DNA of 64,000 bases, from the NCBI GenBank assembly GCA_023396115.1, contig JAEWXC010000051.1, forward strand, positions 21,425 through 85,424, given 5' to 3'. The notes beneath the pieces are model-generated. The model was not told where the DNA came from and did no database searches. It saw nothing but the letters and a program-made list of their open reading frames with translations. Source of the DNA: Actinomycetes bacterium. Its GTDB lineage: Bacteria; Actinomycetota; Actinomycetes; Propionibacteriales; Nocardioidaceae. The position numbers were made by a program, and so were the translations under genes. Below, one piece after another: positions 8,876 through 17,509 of this stretch (within the stretch, counting starts at the first letter, position 1; each line of letters starts with the position of its first letter).

Positions 8876-9016
8876 GGTGCTCCCCTTCTCGGTGCGCGTG
8901 CTCCCCGATGAGCAGGCGCCGTGTGCCCACCCGCAGGTGGTCACCCGGGTGAGGCTAGGAGCCGGAAGATCGCGGTGACAGGGCCCCTGGGCCCCACGTC
9001 CACGAGGGCGCTGCGC

Positions 9017-9967
9017 TCACCGGCGCCACCGGAACCCCGAGGTGGGGCCGTCGTAGCGACCGGAGCCGGTGACGACGGTGCCCGCGGTCCCGGCGAGGAT
9101 CTCGGCCACCTGGGTGAGCGAGCCGATGGCGGCCATGCCGGCGGTGTTCTCCACGAACCGGCAGACCGCGTCGACCTTGGGACCCATGGACCCGGCCGGG
9201 AGGGCCAGGGCGCGCATCTCCCACGGGGTGGCGCGCCGGATCTCCGCCTGCTCGGGGGTGCCGAAGTCGCGCAGCACCGCGGTGACGTCGGTGAGCACGA
9301 GCAGCGCGTCGGCGTCGAGAGCCTCGGCCAGCACAGCACTCGTGAGGTCCTTGTCGACCACCGCCTCCACGCCGCGCAGTTCCCCGCTCGGGTCGCGGAC
9401 CACAGGTACTCCCCCACCACCGGCACACACCACCACGGCGCCGAGCAGGAGCAGTTCGCGGATCAGGGCGGTCTCGACGACCCGCACGGGGCGCGGTGAC
9501 CCGACCACCCGTCGCCAGCCGGTGCCGTCAGGTCGGACGGTCCACCCGCGCTCCTGGGCGAGCTGTTCGGCCCGCTGCTGGTCGTAGGTCTCGCCGACGA
9601 ACTTGGTGGGGTTCTCGAACGCCGGGTCGTCGGCCCGGACCAGGGTCTGGTTGACGATGGCGGCCACCTGGCGGCCGGTCAGCCGGTTCTGCAGGGCTTG
9701 CAGCAACCAGTAACCGATCATCCCCTGGGTCTGGGCGCCGAGGACGTCGAAGGGGTAGGGGGTGGTGAGGGCGGGGTCCGAGGCGCTCTGCAGCGCGAGC
9801 ACCCCAACCTGGGGGCCGTTGCCGTGGGTGAGGACGATCTCGTGGGTGTCAGCCAGCGGCGCCAGTGCCTCGACGGCCCGGCGCACGTTGGCCTGTTGCG
9901 CGTCGGCGTCGGGGCGTTGACCCCGCTCCAGCAGGGCGTTCCCGCCCAGCGCCACCACGATCCGCAC
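9017..9967 (-). CDS. arcC: Carbamate kinase
   Basis: Start re-set to GTG 9967 (MRIVVALGGNALLERG), preceded by AGGGAG 5 nt upstream. Motifs THGNGPQVG and VVCAGGGGVPV are present. The upstream part of the 484-aa track ORF is P/R-rich and implausible. Confidence 0.85.
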   Translation of the reverse strand: MRIVVALGGNALLERGQRPDADAQQANVRRAVEALAPLADTHEIVLTHGNGPQVGVLALQSASDPALTTPYPFDVLGAQTQGMIGYWLLQALQNRLTGRQVAAIVNQTLVRADDPAFENPTKFVGETYDQQRAEQLAQERGWTVRPDGTGWRRVVGSPRPVRVVETALIRELLLLGAVVVCAGGGGVPVVRDPSGELRGVEAVVDKDLTSAVLAEALDADALLVLTDVTAVLRDFGTPEQAEIRRATPWEMRALALPAGSMGPKVDAVCRFVENTAGMAAIGSLTQVAEILAGTAGTVVTGSGRYDGPTSGFRWRR

Positions 9968-10050
9968 GTTGACTCCCTGGGGACGTGCCCCGGGTGGGGC
10001 AGTTGTCGTGGGTCCAGACTGAGGGGTCGCCGGGAGGACGACAAGCACCG

Positions 10051-10770
10051 TCAGGGGTGCGCGCCGCGCAGGACCTCCGTGACGGACCGTTGTGCGATGC
10101 CCTCCAGCGTCGTCCGGTCCATCGCGCTGGCGTAGAACAGCACCCCGGTGTTGCGCGCGAAGCTCCGCAGCCACCGGCCGCGCCGGGTGGGACCGCACTC
10201 GATGGCGCCCTCGATCGGTCCGAGGGTGCAGACCCGGTAGTCCCCCAGTCGCTGCTGCCGGGCCGCCTCGTCGCGGTACCTGGCCACGTGCACCGGGGTG
10301 GTGGCACGGTCGCCGTCGACGTAGCACTCGAAGCTGTCGGTGCCGTGCTCGCTGCCCAGATCTGCCGCGATGTCGCAGTCGGTACGGGTGAACCCGAACG
10401 CCCACAGTTGGGCCTCCACCGGTTCCAGATCGCAGGTCTCGCGGCCGGTCACCGTGGCCCCGTTCCAGCAACGCCGCCCCTCCGACGAACCCGGTGGTGG
10501 CGTGGCTGCTGTGTCACCCGAGCGCGGGGACTCAGCGGGGTCTTCGGCGGTGAGGTGTCGGATGGTGAGGACACCGACGACCAGTGCCGTCACGAGTGCG
10601 GCGAGGCCCACCGCGAGTACCCAACTCGGTCGTGACTCACCCGCCGGGTCGCGGGCGACAGCCCCCGGTGTCCAGCGCGGGCGTGCGTCGAGCCCACCCG
10701 AGGCGGTGCCGCAGCGGCTGCACGAGCCGTCCCCGGAGATGGCTGCACCGCACGCGGGGCACTGGGGCAT
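10051..10770 (-). CDS. Hypothetical zinc-ribbon / single-pass membrane protein with Cys-rich extracytoplasmic domain
   Basis: Start re-set to ATG 10770 (MPQCPACGAAISGDGSCSRCG), preceded by GGAGAG. One TM helix (WVLAVGLAALVTALVVGVLTI). I recognise no family. Confidence 0.6.
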   Translation of the reverse strand: MPQCPACGAAISGDGSCSRCGTASGGLDARPRWTPGAVARDPAGESRPSWVLAVGLAALVTALVVGVLTIRHLTAEDPAESPRSGDTAATPPPGSSEGRRCWNGATVTGRETCDLEPVEAQLWAFGFTRTDCDIAADLGSEHGTDSFECYVDGDRATTPVHVARYRDEAARQQRLGDYRVCTLGPIEGAIECGPTRRGRWLRSFARNTGVLFYASAMDRTTLEGIAQRSVTEVLRGAHP

Positions 10771-10989
10771 GTCGCTCTCCAAGGTCGGGGCCACGGAAAG
10801 CGTGAACCTACCGAACGCCTCGGCCAGGAGTGCACGCAGGTTGCGTCTAACCCGAAGCTCGTGAAGGCTGCTGTCTAAGCGGGATCGGGCACCGAATTGA
10901 CGACGGGAAACCCTTCGAACCAGTGGTTTGGTGCCTTGGCCGGGCGCTACCGCGCAAGCATCGCTGCAGGTCAACGACATCTGGACGTT

Positions 10990-11565
10990 CACAATCCGTG
11001 TGCGCGCGACATCCGTGCGCGCGACCCAAGTCACGTTCGCCCTTCCCGCAGATGGTGGGCTGGTGGGGGCGGGAGTTCTCCTGGGTAACCCCGCGCCGCC
11101 GCAGCTCGTGTTCGAGCATGCTGCGGGAGCACCTTCCGCCGGCGAAGCGGACGGTGCAGGGCCATGCCGTCGTCGGTCGGGGTGGGTGTGGGGTTGCCGT
11201 GTTGGCCTGCAGTGTTAATGAACGTAGCCAGAACGATGCGTGCGGTGATCCAGCTATGGGCGGTGATGTGGAGTGAGTAGCGGGAGTGGTCGTCGAGCCA
11301 AGTGATGATCTCGACGTCGTCACCTACGTTGGACTTCGGGTCGGGTGAGGCGGTAGCGGGTGATGTCGAATTGCCAGGTCTCGTTGGGCATGGAGGCTTC
11401 AGGCGGAGCCAACTGGATCAGTTCACTGGGATCGAGGGGACGTGCTGGCGTTGCTCCACTGCGGACATACGATCCCGGTCAAGGGTCACCAAGTCCCGCT
11501 CCGTGAAGAAGACGTTCGCGACCACCATCCGGTCTCGCGCCGGCCCGCGGGCAGTTTCGGTGTTT
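10990..11565 (-). pseudogene. IS481-family transposase (rve integrase-core) fragment, N-terminally truncated and frameshifted
   Basis: The minus strand reads in three different frames: EASMPNETWQFDITRYRLT, DDVEIITWLDDHSRYSLHITAH..TDDGMA and VRFAGGR..LEHELRRRGVTQENSRPHQPTICGK. These are the conserved IS481 DDE-core blocks, broken by stops and frameshifts. Confidence 0.7.
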
Positions 11566-11568
11566 GCC

Positions 11569-12099
11569 TCAGGGAACCAAAGCGACGAGATCCTCCCACC
11601 CGTCCAGTGCTTCTGGGAGCTTTGAAGTCCCATAGTTGTCGGCCTCGTTCGTCAGAGTGTTTCTGATCAGAGATGCGGCGATCGCTGTCCCGTTCTGCCC
11701 CTGCATGCACTCAGGCGAGTCAAGTTTCTCCGAGGTGCACTTTTTCGCCATCGCTCCCATCAGCCGAATCAGCAGGTCTCCCAGTTCACTGATGGGTTTC
11801 ACCAAGGCGCAGTCGTTTGCCTCGGCTCTGGAGATGTCCAATGCGGCGTTGGCGTCGATGAACTCCATCATCGGGTCGGCCACGCCGCGAACGCCCTCGT
11901 CAGATGTGGTTACTGCCTTAAGCAAAGGGTCGGCCAGCGAAGAGACCATCTCTTCGCAGGCTTCTTTCCGGCCCTTCGAAACCTCAGGCGACTGGCCCTT
12001 TTCTCCGCAACTTGTCAGGAGAGTAGCAGTTGCAAGGACCGCCACCAGCACGGTGAGGTACGCGCGAGACGGGGAGCGACGGTTCATGCCATGAATCAC
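11569..12099 (-). CDS. Hypothetical lipoprotein (visibly lower G+C than its surroundings)
   Basis: 176-aa ORF with a signal peptide and lipobox (LLTSC|GEK). Many A/T-ending codons contrast with neighbouring genes. The start may be 12099 or 12087. Confidence 0.6.
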   Translation of the reverse strand: MIHGMNRRSPSRAYLTVLVAVLATATLLTSCGEKGQSPEVSKGRKEACEEMVSSLADPLLKAVTTSDEGVRGVADPMMEFIDANAALDISRAEANDCALVKPISELGDLLIRLMGAMAKKCTSEKLDSPECMQGQNGTAIAASLIRNTLTNEADNYGTSKLPEALDGWEDLVALVP

Positions 12100-12342
12100 C
12101 CTGTGAGACTAGTTCACCATCAGCATCCGCGCGGCGTTTCGTGCGCAGGGACGGGGCCAAAGGACGGCGATTCAACCCGCTGACTGTTACGGTTCGCGGA
12201 ACCATTAAGACCGAGACGGGACAGGACTGCTACCGCAATCCCCACCCCAAGACCGAGCCAAGCGTGCGGACCACCGCTCCTCCGACCTTAGCCGCGGGGG
12301 CCCTTCGACGTCACCTGGGCGAAGCAAGCCCAACAGCAATCG

Positions 12343-12580
12343 TTGCGGGTGCTCGCCACCCGCAACGACACATGGCTCCAGGTGTCGAACGCCGCGATGA
12401 CGGGAAATCAGTGTGCACGCGAACCTGGACTGAATCACTCCACTCGCGTTCTGCAAGACCGTCGCAACTTTGATCGCAGAGGAGCTGAACCCCGAGGCTG
12501 CTGCCCAACAGCTCGGGCACTCTTCCTCCGGCGTGACCCGACGGCATCTCCAAGCCAGCCGTTTCTGCCAATGCCCATAA
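12343..12580 (+). pseudogene. Tyrosine-integrase 3' remnant (frameshifted)
   Basis: One frame reads RVLATRNDTWLQVSNAA. A second frame reads AFCKTVATLIAEELNPEAAAQQLGHSSSGVTRRH, then a stop at 12578-12580. These match the conserved C-terminal boxes of actinobacterial phage-type integrases. No intact N-terminal part lies upstream. Confidence 0.6.
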
Positions 12581-12715
12581 ACTCCCTGGAGCGGCTCACA
12601 GACCCAGACAAGCCCGCACCGAAGATGGAATATGTGGGGAGTAGGTGCGGAACGGGGCGTTGCTGGTCGTAAGGCAAACCGGCCCTGACTCAGCGTTTCC
12701 GCTGGCCAGAGCCGG

Positions 12716-12765
12716 TTCTTCGGTCGGGCTGACAGGATTTGAACCTGCGACCCCCTGACCCCCAG
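12716..12765. repeat. attL: 50-bp exact direct repeat, the displaced 3' part of tRNA-Pro
   Basis: TTCTTCGGTCGGGCTGACAGGATTTGAACCTGCGACCCCCTGACCCCCAG is identical to 28377..28426. The flanking bases differ on both sides. Confidence 0.9.
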
Positions 12766-13018
12766 CAACAAGGCCACGATGCCAACCGGTCCGGTGAGTC
12801 CACCTCAGGCGTGAAAGTCCGCCTGAGACGCACCCACTCCCCCGGTCTGTGACGACTAGTCCAGACCGAACCCCGCCGTCTGCACACACGAGTGTGCACG
12901 CGCGGGACCGGGGCCGGGACCTGGCATTCGGTCCCCACAACCAGAACGGCCCCACCAGGTGTTCGAGCACCCGGTGAGGCCTTGATCCAGCACCTTGAAC
13001 AAGAAGGCAACCAGACCC

Positions 13019-13876
13019 ATGACGAACCCTAGCCACACCCCAACCCCGGCCCCCGGCACCTGCCCGGCCAACACGCCGTGGTGCAACCGCCACGACCACG
13101 ACCTCGGCCACTGCAACCACGACGTCGACGTCACTGGCATGCGGTACATCACCCTGTCCAACGGCACCCTGTCCGGCGAGCTGAAGGTGTTCGGGCTGCA
13201 CGACGCCCCGGAAGCCCTCACCCTGGGCGCGCTCGATGAGCTCGTGGACACCCTGACGTCGCTGCAGTCCATGGCCCGAACCGGCGCGGCCGCCGCACCC
13301 GCACCCGACGTCGAGCACCAGGCGTGGTGTGTCGAGCACGACACCGCCGGCAACTTCTGCTGGTCCCGGACCATCGAGGTCGCCGGACTGCAGTTGCAGC
13401 TCGCGAACTCCGACGGCACCCCGATGGTGGTTGGTCTCGACGACGCCGCGATGCCCGACGCCCTCACCCTCGACGGCGCCCGGCTGCTGTCGAGGGCCCT
13501 GGCCCAGCTCGAGGACATGGCCACCGGGCAGCTGGCGTGCAGTCGCGGCACATCATGGTGCACCGCGGAGGACACCGACGAGCACGCCACCGAGTGCATG
13601 TCCGCTGAAGTGCTGGTCCGGCCCGGGGCCGGGTCGGAGTTCTGCCTGTACCTGGTCGCGAAGGCCAGCGACACCAGCACGGTGTGGGTCGCGGTCGACG
13701 GCCGCCACCAGGGACGGTTGCTGTCGGGGGTTGTGCCGGTGCAGGACGCCCTGATGGTGACGTCGCGGCGCCTGGGTGCCTCGGACGCGATCCAGGGGCT
13801 CCTGGCGGCAGTGGCGTTCCCCCAGGGCCGTGCGTTGGTGCTGGAGCTGCTGGCAGCGGCGGGCGCAGCATCGTGA
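13019..13876 (+). CDS. Hypothetical protein with three tandem Cys/His-motif modules (W-C-x-x-x-D/H ... C)
   Basis: Strong third-position G+C in this frame. Three modules are visible: PWCNRHDHDLGHCNHD, QAWCVEHDTAGNFCWS and TSWCTAEDTDEHATECMS, each followed by a similar segment of about 60 aa. An alternative TTG start is at 12995. Confidence 0.65.
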   Translation: MTNPSHTPTPAPGTCPANTPWCNRHDHDLGHCNHDVDVTGMRYITLSNGTLSGELKVFGLHDAPEALTLGALDELVDTLTSLQSMARTGAAAAPAPDVEHQAWCVEHDTAGNFCWSRTIEVAGLQLQLANSDGTPMVVGLDDAAMPDALTLDGARLLSRALAQLEDMATGQLACSRGTSWCTAEDTDEHATECMSAEVLVRPGAGSEFCLYLVAKASDTSTVWVAVDGRHQGRLLSGVVPVQDALMVTSRRLGASDAIQGLLAAVAFPQGRALVLELLAAAGAAS

Positions 13877-14337
13877 CGGCGGTCGCGGCTCCTCCGCGGG
13901 TGGGTGTCGACTGGTTCCCGGCGCCGCAGGCCGCGCGGATCGCCCGGGTCACCAAGCCCACGATGTACGGCGCGCTGCGCAACGGCCTGGTTGTGGGCCG
14001 CCGGGACCCGAGGTTCGGGTGGCTCGCGGAGGCGGGGTCGCTTCAGGTCTACGCCGACAGGCTGGCTGAGCGTCGCGCCGCGGCGGAGCGACGGGCCGCC
14101 CTGGGGCCGACCGGGGCGACGGAAGAGAAGGTGCTGCCGGCAGGGCCCCTGTTGGCGGCGCTGGCCGCGGCCGGCGGAATCTACGCCTGTGGTGCCCGGG
14201 AGGGGTCCGCTGAGGAGCGGGCGGTGCTGCGTGCCCGGCGGGCCGGCTGGTTGACGCTCGCGGCGGGTGACCGACTGGCGGTCCGGCTGCTGGGTCGGCA
14301 CCCGGTCGAGTTGTGGGGTGATCTGGTGTTCGCGTGA
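13873..14337 (+). CDS. Hypothetical protein with an N-terminal excisionase/MerR-like HTH
   Basis: The GTG start overlaps the upstream stop (GTGA). HTH-like segment WFPAPQAARIARVTKPTMYGALRNGLVVGRR. Good third-position G+C. Confidence 0.55.
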   Translation: MTAVAAPPRVGVDWFPAPQAARIARVTKPTMYGALRNGLVVGRRDPRFGWLAEAGSLQVYADRLAERRAAAERRAALGPTGATEEKVLPAGPLLAALAAAGGIYACGAREGSAEERAVLRARRAGWLTLAAGDRLAVRLLGRHPVELWGDLVFA

Positions 14338-14353
14338 GGGCGTAGAGTCGGGT

Positions 14354-14406
14354 GGCGAAGCGGGTGACGGCTCTGGCGAACAGCTGGTGATACGGCCCGC
14401 TTCGCC
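14354..14406. terminator. 11-bp perfect inverted repeat between convergent genes (possible bidirectional terminator)
   Basis: GGCGAAGCGGG (14354-14364) pairs with CCCGCTTCGCC (14396-14406), between stops at 14337 (+) and 14422 (-). The 31-nt loop is long for a terminator. Confidence 0.4.
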
Positions 14407-14421
14407 GCGCCACGGCACGGG

Positions 14422-17217
14422 TCAGTCGACACGTGCGTTCCTCCTGCCGTGGACGGCCATGCCGTTGATCTGCCGGACCGCCCTGTTCGCGACACGGTCG
14501 TCTCGGCCCTTGCCCTGGTTCTTGATCGCGTTCAGCGCCTTGTTCGCGTCCCGCAACTGCGCCTTCATCTCCCGCAACTCCCGGTTGGACTCCCGCAGCT
14601 GCTCCCCGTACGCAGCGTTCGCGGCACTCACACCCGCGGCCTGTGCTTCCTGCGCGCGGAGGTTGTAGAGCCGCTCGTACTCCCGGACCTGCTGCGTCGA
14701 CCAGTTCGCCATGGCCTGCACCTCGGACAGGTCGCCCTTCGCGATCAGCTCGTCCAGCGCCGCCCCGTCGAGGCCCTTCCCGGCAAGCGTTGCGCGGGCC
14801 TTCTGCAGCGCAGCGATCTCAGCGCGGTCGGCCTGGATCTGTGCGGTGGGGTCGAGGGCGGGGTTGGTGAACGCGTTCGATTCGCCCCCGAACAGGTCGG
14901 ACTTGTAGCGGTCAGCGACCGACGCGGCCAGCGTGTCGAACGCGCCCTTGAGCTGGTCACGGACAGCGGTCTCGGCAGTGATGGCCTTCCGCGACTTCTC
15001 CACCTGCGCGGCGAGGCGCTCGAACTTCTCCAGCAGGTTGGGGAGGACCATGTCGCCGGTGGATGCCTGGATCAGCATCCGCGACTTCCCCTTCGCGTCG
15101 CGGCTCCCACCGACCGGGCCACCGGCCGCGAACTTCGGGATCCGCATCGCGTTGAAGTCGTGCATGAACTGCTCGCCGTAGTGCTCGACGGCGGCGGCGC
15201 GCATCATGAACTCGCCGTTGCTGGCCCAGATCGGGACCTCGTCGCTCGTGCCCGTACCCGGGCCGCGGATCGGACCACCCATCGCCTTGTCCTGTGGGCC
15301 CATGCCGGTGTTGCCCTTGGAGATGCCGCCGGAGGAGTTGATCCGCACCGTGACGGTCTTGTCCTTGATCTGCGCCATCGCGGTCCGCAGCACCCGCAAA
15401 CGGTTCATCGCCTCATCGGACTTCACACGCACGCCAGTCTCGATGTCCGGCAGCCGCGAGGCGTCGGTGGCGGCCGCCACGAAGTCCTCGATCGCGCCCT
15501 GCCCCCGCTTCCAGGCACGGTTCGCGCGGGCAATCTCCTTGTCCGAGGCGTTCGCGAGCTGCTGCATCCGCCGAGCACCCTCCGGGCCCGCGGCCTTCAA
15601 CTGCTCGATCAGGCCCTGCTTCACACCCTTCTCGCCGGCCCGCTCAGCGTTCGCCGTGAACCGCTTCAGAGCCCGGTTCTGCTCCTCGAGCTCCTTCAGC
15701 CAGTCGCTGAACGACACCTTGTTGTCGTCGAGGGACTTCCCCAAGTTCACGAACCCGCCGGCAGTGTCCCGGGCCGACTTCGCGACCTTCTCCAACGCCT
15801 TCGCCTCAGCCTCAGACGACTGTGCGACCGCGACCTGCTCCCCAGCGAGCGAGCGGGACGACGTGGTGGCGACGTCCAGCTGGGACCGCATCCCGTCCAC
15901 GACCTCGGTGATCGTCATGAACGGCTCGTCGGAGTCGTCGAACTGGTCCCACACGTTTCCGAGAGCGTTGGCCACCCCGAGCATGGGGTTCGTCACCGAC
16001 GTCCACAGCCCCTCAACCTTGAGCGGCCCCACCGACGCCAGATCATCCAGCTCGGTCTGAACCTCCCCGATCACCCCCAGGACAGCCGTGGCGCCGCTGA
16101 GGATCGCTCCGAACGCCCCGAGAGACCCTTCGCCGTGACCGATCATGGTGGTCTCCAGCGTCCCCATGAACTCTTCCCAGGCGCCCTTGGTGTTGTTCAT
16201 CCGCTCCGCGGCCGTCTCAGCCGCGTACCCGGCGTCGTCGACCATTCGGGTCCACTCCGCGACCCCACCAGCGCCTTCGCGGTACAGCACGTTCGCGGCC
16301 TGCAGCTGCTCGTTGCCGAAGATCCGGCCCAGCGCCGACGCCCGCTCCGCGTCCGACAGCTTCCCCATCCGGGACTGCAACTGCTGGGCGACGCCCTCGA
16401 ACCCGACGAACTTGCCCTGCGCGTCGAACACGCTGATCCCCAGCGCATCCATCTCGTTCTTCGCGGCCTTCGACGGCGACGTCAGCGACGACAGCATGCC
16501 CCGCAGCGACGTACCGGCCTGCTCGCCGATGACACCGTTCTTCGCGAGCAACGCGATCGTGCCGGCGGTCTCCTCGATCGACACCCCGAGGTTCGCGGCG
16601 GGGACACCGGCGTAGTTCAGGCCGTTCGCCATGTCGGCGACCTCGCCCTGTGCCTTGCCGGCACCGGCGGCGAGGAGGTCGGCGACGTGGGACGCCTGGT
16701 CACCGGCCAGCTGGAACTGGGTCAGCGCAGTGGCGGTGTACTCCGCAGCATCGGCGACAGCGAGCTGTCCCGCTGCGGCGAGGTCTAGGGCGCCGGCCAG
16801 GCCACCGGACAGGATGTCCTCGGTGGACACACCGGCCTTGGCGAGGTTCTCGATCCCGGCAGCAGCCTCGGTCGCCGAGAACGCAGTGTCTGCGCCGGCC
16901 TTCTTCGCGGCGTCTGCGAGGGCGTCCATCTCCTCGGCGGTGCCGTGGGTGGCTGCCCGGACGTTCGACATGCCCTGCTCGAAGTTGGCCGCCGACATGA
17001 CGACCGCGCTGCCGATCGCGGCGACGGAGACGTTGGTCGCCACACCCAGGGCATCGAGCTCACCCAGAAGGCTCTTGCTCTTCTGCTGCGACGCGCGCGA
17101 TGCCTCGACAACCTGCTCAGTGGACTGGGCGGCCTTGGCCATCGCCTGCTCGTACTGCGCGGTCTCCGCGCGGAGTTTCACGAGGAGGGTGCGGACTTCA
17201 CTGCTCACCGGGGTCAC
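14422..17217 (-). CDS. Phage tail tape measure protein (TP901-family core)
   Basis: 931 aa. Typical TMP core: AAKKAGADTAFSATEAAAGIENLAKAGV..ADMANGLNYAGVPAANLGVSIEETAGTIALLAKNGV..GRIFGNEQLQAANVL. C-terminal TMP motif GPGTGTSDEVPIWASNGEFMMRAAAV. Confidence 0.9.
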   Translation of the reverse strand: MTPVSSEVRTLLVKLRAETAQYEQAMAKAAQSTEQVVEASRASQQKSKSLLGELDALGVATNVSVAAIGSAVVMSAANFEQGMSNVRAATHGTAEEMDALADAAKKAGADTAFSATEAAAGIENLAKAGVSTEDILSGGLAGALDLAAAGQLAVADAAEYTATALTQFQLAGDQASHVADLLAAGAGKAQGEVADMANGLNYAGVPAANLGVSIEETAGTIALLAKNGVIGEQAGTSLRGMLSSLTSPSKAAKNEMDALGISVFDAQGKFVGFEGVAQQLQSRMGKLSDAERASALGRIFGNEQLQAANVLYREGAGGVAEWTRMVDDAGYAAETAAERMNNTKGAWEEFMGTLETTMIGHGEGSLGAFGAILSGATAVLGVIGEVQTELDDLASVGPLKVEGLWTSVTNPMLGVANALGNVWDQFDDSDEPFMTITEVVDGMRSQLDVATTSSRSLAGEQVAVAQSSEAEAKALEKVAKSARDTAGGFVNLGKSLDDNKVSFSDWLKELEEQNRALKRFTANAERAGEKGVKQGLIEQLKAAGPEGARRMQQLANASDKEIARANRAWKRGQGAIEDFVAAATDASRLPDIETGVRVKSDEAMNRLRVLRTAMAQIKDKTVTVRINSSGGISKGNTGMGPQDKAMGGPIRGPGTGTSDEVPIWASNGEFMMRAAAVEHYGEQFMHDFNAMRIPKFAAGGPVGGSRDAKGKSRMLIQASTGDMVLPNLLEKFERLAAQVEKSRKAITAETAVRDQLKGAFDTLAASVADRYKSDLFGGESNAFTNPALDPTAQIQADRAEIAALQKARATLAGKGLDGAALDELIAKGDLSEVQAMANWSTQQVREYERLYNLRAQEAQAAGVSAANAAYGEQLRESNRELREMKAQLRDANKALNAIKNQGKGRDDRVANRAVRQINGMAVHGRRNARVD

Positions 17218-17509
17218 CGTCCTTCGTCTGCGGTGGGTTCACCGACTCTTCCCGCCGGTGCCACATCCAAGTGCTGGTCATCGCCGACAGCCCGAAGGTG
17301 TGGAGATCACCCTCAGGCGTGTAGGGCAGGTTCACCAGGAGCGTCTGGATCACGTTCTCGTCGAGCACATCGGAGAACTCCAGCTGCTGCGAGGAGCGCA
17401 GCAACGCCTCCGCCTGCTCCCGGGCGACCGCCATGCGCATGGCACGCAACGCCGTCGCCGCCTCGGTTGCCGTGAGACGCGACTCGACGTCCGGTGGCGT
17501 GCTGCTCAC
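17198..17509 (-). CDS. Hypothetical small protein, paralog family with LP[YLF]T-x-x-G-x-L motif
   Basis: 103 aa. Helical N-terminus, then LLVNLPYTPEGDLHTFGL. The ATGA junction with the upstream gene suggests coupling. It overlaps the TMP start by 20 nt. Confidence 0.55.
   Translation of the reverse strand: MSSTPPDVESRLTATEAATALRAMRMAVAREQAEALLRSSQQLEFSDVLDENVIQTLLVNLPYTPEGDLHTFGLSAMTSTWMWHRREESVNPPQTKDGDPGEQ

Noticed and set aside
8876-9016. c-di-AMP (ydaO-type) riboswitch upstream of the cell-wall peptidase genes
   Set aside because: GGGGAGC-like blocks are present, but I could not find the hallmark conserved segments I remember for ydaO (such as the CAGCUAACCUCGUAAGCG-like 3' element or GGUGAAUC). 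It is left as an unexplained conserved leader motif.
10803-10835. A third, eroded att copy marking the left end of the older island
   Set aside because: TGAACCTACCGAACGCCTCGGCCAG resembles TGAACCTGCGACCCCCTGACCCCCAG at only about 17 of 27 positions, with an indel. That is too weak to call by eye.
10893-10915. tRNA-like T-loop (GGTTCGAAGG on the minus strand)
   Set aside because: The flanking bases do not form a T-stem or an acceptor stem, so no cloverleaf can be drawn.
12205-12777. 190-aa minus-strand ORF spanning attL
   Set aside because: It begins by translating the tRNA fragment (GSQVQILSARP is the usual tRNA T-arm read-through). It then runs antisense to the integrase remnant.
12856-14418. 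520-aa minus-strand ORF across the attL-proximal region
   Set aside because: The translation is P/R/S-rich. The + strand frames (13019-13876 and 13873-14337) have much better third-position G+C and sensible sequences.
14449-16788. 779-aa + strand ORF
   Set aside because: It is the antisense shadow of the tape measure gene, which has unmistakable TMP motifs. The translation is R/L/G/D-rich with no motifs.
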